A stretch of 64,000 nt of DNA from Steroidobacteraceae bacterium (lineage in GTDB: Bacteria > Pseudomonadota > Gammaproteobacteria > Steroidobacterales > Steroidobacteraceae). Location of the stretch: contig JAVEVD010000001.1 of assembly GCA_034005205.1 (NCBI GenBank), positions 33,197 through 97,196 of the forward strand, written 5' to 3'. The notes under the pieces are model-generated. The model had not been told where the DNA came from. It worked only from the letters and a program-made list of their open reading frames with translations, and did not search any database. Positions 27,372 to 35,788 of the stretch are shown here, in pieces. A program made the translations under genes and the position numbers. Each line of letters opens with the position of its first letter. Within the stretch, counting starts at the first letter, position 1.

Positions 27372-28280
27372 ATGAAGCGCATTCCGGTCGCCGCCCTGCG
27401 CGCCTTCGACGTGGCGGCGCGCAATCTCAACCTGACCGCCGCAGCGGAGGAGTTGAACGTCACGCATGCAGCCGTCAGCCGGCAGGTGAAGCAGCTCGAG
27501 CAGCGGCTCGGCGTGAAGCTTTTCGAGCGACTGCCACGCGGCCTGAGGCTGACGCCGCACGGCGCCTTGCTCGCGGAGGGCGCGCGTGAGGCGTTCGACC
27601 GGCTGGCGACGGCGCTGGAAGACGTGTCCATGCCGGCCGTGCGGCGCAAGCTCACGATCTCGACGTTCGCTTCGCTGGCGGCGCGCTGGCTCATGCCGCG
27701 TGTGCACGATTTCGCCGCGCTGTTTCCTGACACCGATCTGCAGGTCGTCACGGACACCCGATTGGTCGACTTCGCCCGCGAGGACGTCGATATCGGCATC
27801 CGCTTCGGCAGCGGCCGTTACGCCGGACTGCATGTGGCGCCGCTATTCCAGCCCAGGGAGATCGTTATCGCAGCGCCTCAGTTGCTGCAACGCGGCCCGC
27901 CGATCGAAAGCTTCGCTGATCTCAGGCGCCACACACTGCTGCACGAGGATTCCTACCGCACGTGGCGACGTTGGCTCGATGCGGTAGGTGCAAAGGAGGT
28001 CAATGCAAAACGCGGCGTCATCTGCGGCGATCGCAATTCGATGCTGCAGGCGGCGCTGGAAGGTCAGGGAATCGGCATCGCTTCCGCCGTGTTCACCGCC
28101 AACGATCTGGCGAGCGGACGTCTGGTGAAAGTATTCGAACAGGAGGTCGCGTCCGAGTACGCGATTTATGCGGTCTGCCTGCCGCGTCGACTGAACGACC
28201 CGCTCGTCAGCGGCGCGCTCGAGTGGCTGATGCGCGAAGCGGCCAACTCGAGCGACGCGCATCCACCGCCGGCGCCGTGA
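27372..28280 (+). CDS. LysR-family transcriptional regulator (GcvA-like)
   Basis: 302 aa. HTH LRAFDVAARNLNLTAAAEELNVTHAAVSRQVKQLE plus a LysR substrate-binding domain. Divergent from the small-ORF/GNAT genes. Confidence 0.9.
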   Translation: MKRIPVAALRAFDVAARNLNLTAAAEELNVTHAAVSRQVKQLEQRLGVKLFERLPRGLRLTPHGALLAEGAREAFDRLATALEDVSMPAVRRKLTISTFASLAARWLMPRVHDFAALFPDTDLQVVTDTRLVDFAREDVDIGIRFGSGRYAGLHVAPLFQPREIVIAAPQLLQRGPPIESFADLRRHTLLHEDSYRTWRRWLDAVGAKEVNAKRGVICGDRNSMLQAALEGQGIGIASAVFTANDLASGRLVKVFEQEVASEYAIYAVCLPRRLNDPLVSGALEWLMREAANSSDAHPPPAP

Positions 28281-28388
28281 ACTGCAAGGCCGCCGCAGCC
28301 AGCTGGACGCCGCCGTGTCCCGAACCGAAACTCCTTCGCTTGCTCTGTCGTCGGCGCTCCCGCGGCCGCTCCCGAGCGGCGGCGGGCG

Positions 28389-28769
28389 TTACTTCTTTTT
28401 TTTCCCGAACAGCGCCTCGAGCTCATCGCGGGCCCGATCGGCGGGAGACGGCGCCGATTCGGCGCTCGGCCCGCCAAACAGAGCTTCCAGTTCGGAGCGC
28501 GCCCGCGCCGCCGAATCCTGCGGCGACCCGCCGGTCCATGCGTCCGGGCGCGGCTTGAAGTAATCGCAAAAATTGGCGCGCTCCTTGTCCTTCACTTCCT
28601 CCGCCATCGGCTCGCGGCAATGCTTGGCGACGGCCGTGCTGTACCACTCGCACATCCGGCACACATGCAGCTCGGCGCCGCACTTGCGGCACTCTTCCAG
28701 GCGGCGCAGCGGCAGCGTGTAATCAGCCAGAGAGGCGCCGCACTTCCAGCAGATCAGTTGGTCGCTCAT
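28389..28769 (-). CDS. Zinc-ribbon hypothetical protein
   Basis: Start at MSDQLICWKCGASL... Cys pairs CWKC, CRKC, CRMC. C-terminal duplicated motif SELEALFG / DELEALFG, then KKKK. Confidence 0.6.
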   Translation of the reverse strand: MSDQLICWKCGASLADYTLPLRRLEECRKCGAELHVCRMCEWYSTAVAKHCREPMAEEVKDKERANFCDYFKPRPDAWTGGSPQDSAARARSELEALFGGPSAESAPSPADRARDELEALFGKKKK

Positions 28770-28789
28770 CCGGGTTCCGGGCGATCGGT

Positions 28790-29212
28790 TCACTCGCCCG
28801 CCTCCGTCGCAATCTCGTCGTAGCCCTTGCCGATGAACTCGATCAGGCATACGCCATGCCCGAAAGGATCGGCCAGCATCGCGATTCTGCCCCAGCTATT
28901 GGTGCGCACCGGGCCCTCGAGCCGCGCGCCGGCATTACGCGCCCGGTCGAGGGCGGCCTCGATCTCGTCGACCACGAAGTCCAGATGAATGGGCGTCCAA
29001 TGCCGCGCGTAGGAACGCAAATGGCGGCTGGTCGGCGAGGCGACGGTGCCGTTCGGCTTAACCAGGAGATAGATCGGCGAAGTCGCTCCGAGCAGCTCGA
29101 CGGCGTCGCCGCCGAAGCGCCGCCCGATGCGCAACCCGAACGCATTGCAATAGAACTCGGCAGCCTTCTTCAGGTCGTCGACATCGATGTTGATGAGCAA
29201 CGTGGCGGTCAT
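28790..29212 (-). CDS. VOC-family (glyoxalase/bleomycin-resistance fold) protein
   Basis: Start at the internal Met (MTATLLINIDVDDLKKAAEFYCNAFGL...). C-terminal FGHGVCLIEF is typical of the fold. Confidence 0.8.
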   Translation of the reverse strand: MTATLLINIDVDDLKKAAEFYCNAFGLRIGRRFGGDAVELLGATSPIYLLVKPNGTVASPTSRHLRSYARHWTPIHLDFVVDEIEAALDRARNAGARLEGPVRTNSWGRIAMLADPFGHGVCLIEFIGKGYDEIATEAGE

Positions 29213-29462
29213 CGCAAATCTCGCTGGCGCTGGCGACGTGAGAGTATCGCGACAAGCGGCGCAGGGCAGCAGTCGCAAAGTGCGGACGGCGAGAGAACGG
29301 GAAGCCGGCGCGGCGCAAGGCGGAAAGGGACGCGCGACGGCGGGAAGCGCCGAGAGGTAGGGAGGATCGTCTTGCGGCCTTCCCTGCAGAACGCCGAGAC
29401 GCACCGTGGCAAGCTTGCCGCATGAGCAGCGACAGGCAGCTGACGTGAATACGCCGTCCGCA

Positions 29463-30368
29463 ATGAGCCCCGATCAATCCCGCCGCGTCGCGCGGATCGC
29501 ACCCGCCGAGCGCACGCTGGAAGGCGGCGGTTTCCCGGTCCGCCGCCCGTTTCCGGTTCCGGGATTCAGCCACTTCGATCCGTTTCTGCTGATCGACCAC
29601 CTCGGGCCGGTGACCTGGCGCCCTGGCGAGGCGCTCGGAGCGCCGGACCATCCGCATCGTGGATTCGAAACCGTCACCTATGTGCTCGCGGGCGAAAACG
29701 AGCATCGCGACTCATCCGGCGCCGTCGAAGTTCTCGGGCCTGGAGACGTGCAGTGGATGACCGCCGGCGGCGGCGTGATCCATTCCGAAACCCCGACCGC
29801 GCGATTCCACGCCGAGGGCGGCGTGCAGGAAGGCTTCCAGATCTGGGTGAACCTGCCGGCCGCCGACAAGATGATGGCCCCGCGCTACCAGACAGTGCGG
29901 GCCGAGCAGATCCCGAAGGGCGCATCGGCGGACGGCCGCGTGCAAGTGCGGGTGATCGCCGGCGCGTCGCTCGGAGCGTCCGCGCGCATCGACACGCGCG
30001 CGCCGATCCAGATGCTGCATTTCACGATTGCGCCCGGCGGGCGAATCGAGCAGCCCATCCCCGCCGAGCAGAACGCGCTGCTCTACGTATTCAAGGGAAC
30101 GGCGCGCATCGGCGCCGACGCACGCGAGGTGCGAGAAGGCCAGGCGGCGCTGCTTTCCTCGGGGGAATGGACCGCCCTCGGCGCAGACGATGACGCGCAG
30201 GAACCTGCGCACGTGCTGTTGCTGTCGGGCAAGCCGCTCAATGAACCGGTGGCGCGCTACGGCCCGTTCGTCATGAATACGCGCGAGCAGGTCGAACAGG
30301 CGTTTCAGGATTATCAGAACGGTCGGTTCGCGGTGATCCCGCGGCGAGAAAGGGAGAAGGGAAGCTGA
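29463..30368 (+). CDS. Pirin-family protein
   Basis: The ATG at 29463 is preferred. Bicupin with HPHRGFETVTYVLAG and MTAGGGVIHSE. Confidence 0.9.
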   Translation: MSPDQSRRVARIAPAERTLEGGGFPVRRPFPVPGFSHFDPFLLIDHLGPVTWRPGEALGAPDHPHRGFETVTYVLAGENEHRDSSGAVEVLGPGDVQWMTAGGGVIHSETPTARFHAEGGVQEGFQIWVNLPAADKMMAPRYQTVRAEQIPKGASADGRVQVRVIAGASLGASARIDTRAPIQMLHFTIAPGGRIEQPIPAEQNALLYVFKGTARIGADAREVREGQAALLSSGEWTALGADDDAQEPAHVLLLSGKPLNEPVARYGPFVMNTREQVEQAFQDYQNGRFAVIPRREREKGS

Positions 30369-30442
30369 GGACGGCGAAAGGATGCGTCCCGTCCTCCTCA
30401 CGCCTTTCCGTCTGCGGCCTTCCGGCCTCCCGCCTCCCCTGC

Positions 30443-30889
30443 TCACACCAGCCCCGTCCCCTGAATCGGACGGTTGCGGCTGCGGTCGGCCAGCTCCTGC
30501 TCGAACAGTCGGGACTCGAGCTTGCGGCCTTCGACGAAGTAGTAGATGAGATAAGCGAGACCCACGCCGAGCGGCACCAGGCTGATCATCCAAGGCGCAT
30601 CGCGCTCGTCCCCGAGCAGCATGCCGCCCGCCACGGCCAGTCCAATGAAGAACCACACCAGGCCCGGCAGCAGCGAGCTGCGCCGCCGCCGACGCGGGGC
30701 GTCGATCAGCTCCAGGGGCAGCGGCGGAATGTCCATGCCGCGCTCGATCGCCGCCATACGCTCGGTATGGTGCAGCTCCATCAGCCTGCGCCGCTTGCGG
30801 TAGTTCAGGACGATCCAGACGATCGGGATGCACAGCGGCAGGCCGATCGCGAATACGATCGCGAACAGGGGAATGATCTCTTCAGGCAT
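30443..30889 (-). CDS. Hypothetical integral membrane protein (3-4 TM)
   Basis: 148 aa. PLFAIVFAIGLPLCIPIVWIVL, LLPGLVWFFIGLAVAGGMLL, ISLVPLGVGLAYLIYYF. Divergent from the ECF sigma gene. Confidence 0.6.
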   Translation of the reverse strand: MPEEIIPLFAIVFAIGLPLCIPIVWIVLNYRKRRRLMELHHTERMAAIERGMDIPPLPLELIDAPRRRRRSSLLPGLVWFFIGLAVAGGMLLGDERDAPWMISLVPLGVGLAYLIYYFVEGRKLESRLFEQELADRSRNRPIQGTGLV

Positions 30890-30963
30890 AGCGCGCGCCT
30901 CTCAGGGTGCGGTTGCATTGTGTACGGGCTTCAGACGCAGCGGCTGCACGCAGGGTTGCAGGC

Positions 30964-30987
30964 CGGTTCACCGGCGCCGGTGAACCG
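30964..30987. promoter_or_regulatory. Perfect 24-bp palindrome in the divergent intergenic region
   Basis: CGGTTCACCGGC|GCCGGTGAACCG, read directly. Confidence 0.4.
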
Positions 30988-31070
30988 CCGGCGCCAGCCG
31001 GCCGATTGCGGTTCGGCGACCACGAAGAATCGGGGCCGCTTGCTACAGTGGCGCACGCCTACAAGGCCGC

Positions 31071-31097
31071 GCAACCTTCTTCCGCCCTCCTACGTCT
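31071..31097 (+). promoter_or_regulatory. Candidate ECF-type promoter (GCAACC-N17-CGTCT)
   Basis: An AAC-containing -35 (31071-31076) and CGTCT (31093-31097) resemble the ECF autoregulated promoter consensus. It lies only about 10 nt before the ATG, and no Shine-Dalgarno (SD) sequence is seen. Confidence 0.3.
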
Positions 31098-31106
31098 CAA
31101 CCGGCA

Positions 31107-31670
31107 ATGACGCCATCGCCCGTTCCCCATGCAGACGCCGACATTCTCGAGCGCCTGCAGGCCCGGCAGTATCGCGAGGCGTTCGCGGCCCTTGTCCCAC
31201 GCTTTCGGGACAAGATTTTCAGGTTGTGCATCAGTATGTTAAGGGATCACGCGCAGGCTGAGGACGTTTCCCAGGAGGTGCTCCTGAGGGTCTGGCGCGC
31301 CCTGCCGGGCTTCGCCGGCCAGTCGCAGCTCTCGACCTGGATATACGCCATCACGCGCAACGCCTGCCTTTCGGAGCTGCGCAAGCGCCGACCGCACACC
31401 TCGATCGACTTGGATGACGACGAGCGCCATCCGGAAATCGCCAATCTGTCCACCTCCGACGCGGACGACTCGGCGACCGTGAGCGTGACCCAGCTGCTCG
31501 ACCAGCTCCCGGAACGTTACCGGCAGGCGGTAGTTCTCTTCTACATGGAAGACAAGTCGTATGAGCAGACCGCGGCCAGCCTCGATCTGCCCCTGGGCAC
31601 GGTGAAGGCGCTGCTGCACAGGGCGCGCAAGCGGCTCATCGAGCTGACGCGCGAAACCGAGACGGCGTGA
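31107..31670 (+). CDS. ECF-subfamily RNA polymerase sigma-70 factor
   Basis: 187 aa. Region 2 AEDVSQEVLLRVWRAL...WIYAITRNACL. Region 4 SYEQTAASLDLPLGTVKALLHRARKRL. Confidence 0.9.
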   Translation: MTPSPVPHADADILERLQARQYREAFAALVPRFRDKIFRLCISMLRDHAQAEDVSQEVLLRVWRALPGFAGQSQLSTWIYAITRNACLSELRKRRPHTSIDLDDDERHPEIANLSTSDADDSATVSVTQLLDQLPERYRQAVVLFYMEDKSYEQTAASLDLPLGTVKALLHRARKRLIELTRETETA

Positions 31671-31680
31671 CGATCCCGGC

Positions 31681-32232
31681 ATGACTCCCGAGCAGCAACA
31701 CGCACTGCAGTACAACGACCAGCTCCAGGACTGGCTGGACGGGGACGTCGACCCCGCCGAGGCCGCTGGCTTAGAAGCGCATCTGGCGGACTGCGTGCTC
31801 TGCCAGGAGCAGCTCGCCAGGTTCGAGAGTCTGGATGAGTCTTTGCGGGCCGCCGTCGCGCCGGCGACGCTCGACCATAGCTTCGATGAGCGGCTGTTCG
31901 CGCAAATCGATTCGATCGACGAGCAGCAACGCGCGGCGGCGCGCGCGCGCATCGAGCAGGAGATGCAGGAAAGCATGCTCGCCCTGTCGCGGAGCTGGCG
32001 GCGCATGCTCGCGTTCGTGGCGCCCGGCGTCATTGCAGGCGTGGCGCTCGCGTTCGCACTCGCCGGCTACTTCTTCAGCGCCGACTTCTCCACACAGATG
32101 ACGCAGGAGCTGATCGAAGGCGCAGGCGCCGGCGGTAGTTTCGGCGTGGTGCATCTGCTGCTCACGACTTTGCTGGGCGCAGGCGTCGGCGGCGGGGTGG
32201 CCAGCTGGCTAGCGCGCGTGGCCGCCGAATAA
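31681..32232 (+). CDS. Anti-sigma factor (zf-HC2 type, membrane-anchored)
   Basis: 183 aa. HLADCVLCQEQL zinc-binding motif. TM segments near the C-terminus. Starts 11 nt after the sigma gene. Confidence 0.8.
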   Translation: MTPEQQHALQYNDQLQDWLDGDVDPAEAAGLEAHLADCVLCQEQLARFESLDESLRAAVAPATLDHSFDERLFAQIDSIDEQQRAAARARIEQEMQESMLALSRSWRRMLAFVAPGVIAGVALAFALAGYFFSADFSTQMTQELIEGAGAGGSFGVVHLLLTTLLGAGVGGGVASWLARVAAE

Positions 32233-32324
32233 GTCCGCTGCGCGACACGCGCGGCGGAGGGTCCGCTCATGAAGGGATCTTCGACCATTCAACGGATCTG
32301 GACCCGTCGGCCGGTCTGCGGCGA

Positions 32325-33353
32325 TCACAGCGCTTCGTGTCTGGGACCCGCTTCGGCGAAAGCCTGCCGCAGGCCCACGAATGCGGGCAGCGGCGAGTGG
32401 ATCACGTAGGTCGGGACGGCGGCGAGATAATCTGCGTAGCGCCCTTTGTCCTCGAAGCGATCGCGAAACGGCGAGTTGGTGAACAATGAGCCGAGGGCGG
32501 GGACCACGCCTCCACCGATGTACACGCCGCCCAATGCGCCCAGAGTGAGCACCAGGTTGCCCGCCATGGTCCCGAGGAGCGCGCAGAACATGCTCACGGC
32601 CTCCATGCAGACGCGGCATGAAGCCTGCTGCGCCCGACGCGTGACCGCCGGCGGATCGAGCGGCTCGGCGACCACGCCGTCGAGCGCGCACAGCGCCTCG
32701 TAGAGATTCACCAGACCGGGGCCGGAGAGCACGCGCTCGGCGGAAACGTGCGAGAACCGCTGGTGAAGCTGGCGCAGCACGGACATCTCGCGCTCGGTCA
32801 TCACCGACAAGGTCGAGTGGCCGCCCTCCCCCTGCAGCGCCACCCAATGGTCGTTGGCCGGAATCACGCCGGAGACGCCGAGGCCCGTACCGGGCCCGAT
32901 CACCGCGAGCGGCGCATTCGGCGTCGGACGTCCGCCGCCGATCTGCTCGAGCTCGTCCTGCGGCAAATGGCGCGTCGCCATCGCGAGCGCCGTGAAGTCG
33001 TTGATCACGATGAGTCGGCGCAGTCCGAGTCGCTGGCGCGTCTGCGAAGCTGAGAACTGCCACACATGATACGTCATTCTGATCAGATCGCCGGTGACCG
33101 GCCCGGCGATCGCGATCGCCGCTTCGACCGGCCGGCGCGCGCCGGTGATCGCTCCGACCGAGCTCAGATACTGCTCGACGGCGGAAATCAGGTCCGGATA
33201 GGCTGCGCACGCCAGCACCTGAATATCGCGCGGCGCATCTTGCTCGAGCAAGGCGAAACGAGCGTTGGTGCCGCCGATGTCAGCGATCAGCCGCGTGCTC
33301 TGGCGAGCGGCGCGCGACGCTTCGCGTCCCGATTCAGGGGGCCCAGAAGACAT
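32325..33353 (-). CDS. glk: Glucokinase
   Basis: 342 aa. LIADIGGTNARFALLE ATP-binding start, with overall Glk collinearity. Overlaps the pgl stop by 20 nt. Confidence 0.9.
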   Translation of the reverse strand: MSSGPPESGREASRAARQSTRLIADIGGTNARFALLEQDAPRDIQVLACAAYPDLISAVEQYLSSVGAITGARRPVEAAIAIAGPVTGDLIRMTYHVWQFSASQTRQRLGLRRLIVINDFTALAMATRHLPQDELEQIGGGRPTPNAPLAVIGPGTGLGVSGVIPANDHWVALQGEGGHSTLSVMTEREMSVLRQLHQRFSHVSAERVLSGPGLVNLYEALCALDGVVAEPLDPPAVTRRAQQASCRVCMEAVSMFCALLGTMAGNLVLTLGALGGVYIGGGVVPALGSLFTNSPFRDRFEDKGRYADYLAAVPTYVIHSPLPAFVGLRQAFAEAGPRHEAL

Positions 33354-34032
33354 CGAACGGCGTCTCCTTCTGCTGGAGGATGGCGCGCACCGGCAACTCG
33401 CTGACGCTGCCGGCGGCGCGGGCGCGCTGGTAGACGCGCCATTTAGCCTCGCCCTCGAAGTGCAGAATGATGCGGCGGGCGTCGAGCAGCGCGGCCAGAT
33501 TGAGGCTCATGCGCGCGTGCGGCGCAGTCAACGCATTCACGGCCACGCATCCTGGCGCGGCTGCAGGATCCAGGGCGCGCGACAGGGCCATAGAGCCCGG
33601 AAACAGCGACGCCGTGTGACCATCCTCACCCATGCCGAGCAGCACCACATCGAACGGCCGCGGCGCGCGGGTCAACGCGCGAGCGGCCCATTCGGCTCCG
33701 GCTTCTGGGGTGGGCGCCGGGTTCTTCAGTCCGATGAAGTGCGCGGCGGCCGCTGCATCCTGCAATAGCAGCTCGCGAACCATGCGCTCATTGCTGTCCG
33801 CTGACGTGACATCGACCCAGCGTTCGTCCGCGAGCGTAATCCAGACCTTCGACCAGTCGAGCCGCTCGCGACGCAGCTGCTGGAAAAGCAGCCGAGGCGT
33901 GCGCCCACCGGACACGACCAGGCTGGCGGCGCCGCGCGCCGCGATCGCTTCGTCCAGATCGACCTGAATCTCCCCGGAGAGTGCGTGCGCCAGCGCCAGG
34001 GAGTCGGGGAAGCGATGTTCGTGGCGGCGCAT
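33334..34032 (-). CDS. pgl: 6-phosphogluconolactonase
   Basis: 232 aa. LVVSGGRTP and LLGMGEDGHTASLFPG motifs. Confidence 0.9.
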   Translation of the reverse strand: MRRHEHRFPDSLALAHALSGEIQVDLDEAIAARGAASLVVSGGRTPRLLFQQLRRERLDWSKVWITLADERWVDVTSADSNERMVRELLLQDAAAAAHFIGLKNPAPTPEAGAEWAARALTRAPRPFDVVLLGMGEDGHTASLFPGSMALSRALDPAAAPGCVAVNALTAPHARMSLNLAALLDARRIILHFEGEAKWRVYQRARAAGSVSELPVRAILQQKETPFDVFWAP

Positions 34033-34153
34033 GGGGCGGAAGCAGTTGGCGGTTGGCGACTTGGCGGCGGCTTCAGACTCGACGTCAGCTTAGGCCATTT
34101 ATGTGGGTGCGTCCCATCGTGTGCACTCGCATTTCCTTGCCGCCGCCTCCTCC

Positions 34154-35611
34154 TTACAACTCGTTCCTCCAGGCAAACCCGTCCCGCCCGATCAGCGTGC
34201 TGGCCGCGGCTGGGCCCCAACTGCCGGCCGTGTAAGCCTTGGGTCGCTCGTCGAACTGCCGCCAGGCTTCGTGGATCGGATCGATCCACGCCCAGGCGGC
34301 GTCCAGTTCGTCGCGTCGCAGGAAGAGCGTCAACAGACCGTTGATGACATCGGTCAGCAGGCGCTCATAGGCGTCAAGCCTTCGGCCCTTGAAGGTCTCG
34401 CAGAAATCGAGACTCAGATCGACGGGCTTCAGGACCATACCCTCGCCCGGCTTCTTGGCGCGCACGGTGAGGGCTATTCCCTCCTCGGGTTGCAGCTGGA
34501 TCAGCAAGCGATTCAGCCCTTGATGGTTCGGCTGCTCGTAGATCATGTGCGGCACGTCTTCGAACGTGACGACGATCTCAGCCTGCTTTTCCTGCAAGCG
34601 CTTGCCAGTGCGCAGGTAGAACGGCACGCCGGCCCAGCGCCACGAATCGATGTACGCCTTGAGCGCGACGTAGGTCTCGGTCACGCTGTCCGGATCCACG
34701 CCGGGCTCGTCGAGATAGCCGACCACCGGCGCCCCGCCCACCGCGCCCGCCTTGTACTGTCCGCGCACGGTATGCTGCAGCACTTCATGGCCGCTGAGCG
34801 GACGCAGCGCGCGCAGTACTTTGACCTTCTCATCGCGCATGGCGTCCGGATCGCGCGTGGCGGGCGGCTCCATCGCGATGATGCATAGAAGCTGCAGCAG
34901 ATGGTTCTGCATCATGTCGCGCAACGCGCCGGTCTGATCGTAGAACTTTGCTCGGCGCCCGATCCCGACCTCCTCTGCGACGGTGATCTGCACATGCTGG
35001 ACGCGCCCCCGCCGCCACAAAGGTTCGAACAGCGTGTTGCCGAAGCGCAGCACCAACAGGTTCTGCACGGTCTCTTTGCCGAGATAATGATCGATGCGGA
35101 AGATCTGCTGCTCGGAGAAGACGGCGCCCACTCGCTCGTTGATCCGTGCGGCAGAAACGCGGTCGTGACCTAGCGGCTTCTCGAGCACGATCCGCGAATT
35201 CGGCGTGACGAGGTTGTGGCGCTGCACCGCCTCGGCGACCGGCGCGAACAAATCCGGTCCCGTGGACATGAAGAACACACGCACCTTGTCTTCACGCCCT
35301 TGCAGCACGCGCTCCAGTGAGGCGAAATCCTCGTCCGAATGCGCGTCGATCTTCTGGTAGCTGACAAGTTGCTCGAACTGCGCCCAACGCTCCGCATCGA
35401 ACGCCTCGCCTACGTGCTTTTCGCAGCTCTCGTGAACCTGCGCCAGGTATTCCTCGCGTGAAAGCTGCGTGCGCGCCGCAGCGATGATTCGCGAGTCCGT
35501 CGTGACGGCGCCGGCGGCCGTGCGGCGATACAGCGCCGGCAGAAGCTTGCGCATGGCGAGGTCGCCGGAACCGCCGAAGAGAACGAGATCAAAGGTTGGC
35601 GAAGATTGCAT
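34154..35611 (-). CDS. zwf: Glucose-6-phosphate 1-dehydrogenase
   Basis: 485 aa. NADP site LFGGSGDLAMRKLLPALY and active-site signature RIDHYLGKE. Confidence 0.95.
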   Translation of the reverse strand: MQSSPTFDLVLFGGSGDLAMRKLLPALYRRTAAGAVTTDSRIIAAARTQLSREEYLAQVHESCEKHVGEAFDAERWAQFEQLVSYQKIDAHSDEDFASLERVLQGREDKVRVFFMSTGPDLFAPVAEAVQRHNLVTPNSRIVLEKPLGHDRVSAARINERVGAVFSEQQIFRIDHYLGKETVQNLLVLRFGNTLFEPLWRRGRVQHVQITVAEEVGIGRRAKFYDQTGALRDMMQNHLLQLLCIIAMEPPATRDPDAMRDEKVKVLRALRPLSGHEVLQHTVRGQYKAGAVGGAPVVGYLDEPGVDPDSVTETYVALKAYIDSWRWAGVPFYLRTGKRLQEKQAEIVVTFEDVPHMIYEQPNHQGLNRLLIQLQPEEGIALTVRAKKPGEGMVLKPVDLSLDFCETFKGRRLDAYERLLTDVINGLLTLFLRRDELDAAWAWIDPIHEAWRQFDERPKAYTAGSWGPAAASTLIGRDGFAWRNEL

Positions 35612-35788
35612 GAACGCGCCTGGGTGGGACCCCGCTGCTAAGTTAACAGAGGGGCCGCAGGCCGGTCAGGACCGATGCACGCATGCGCATGCATGAAAGC
35701 CGCAGTGCGAAAGTTCTTACACGCAGCTCGGAACAGCATGCATTGCAGGCAGTTCCCTGGGCTGAACCCTCAGCGCGGCGGGTTTCCC

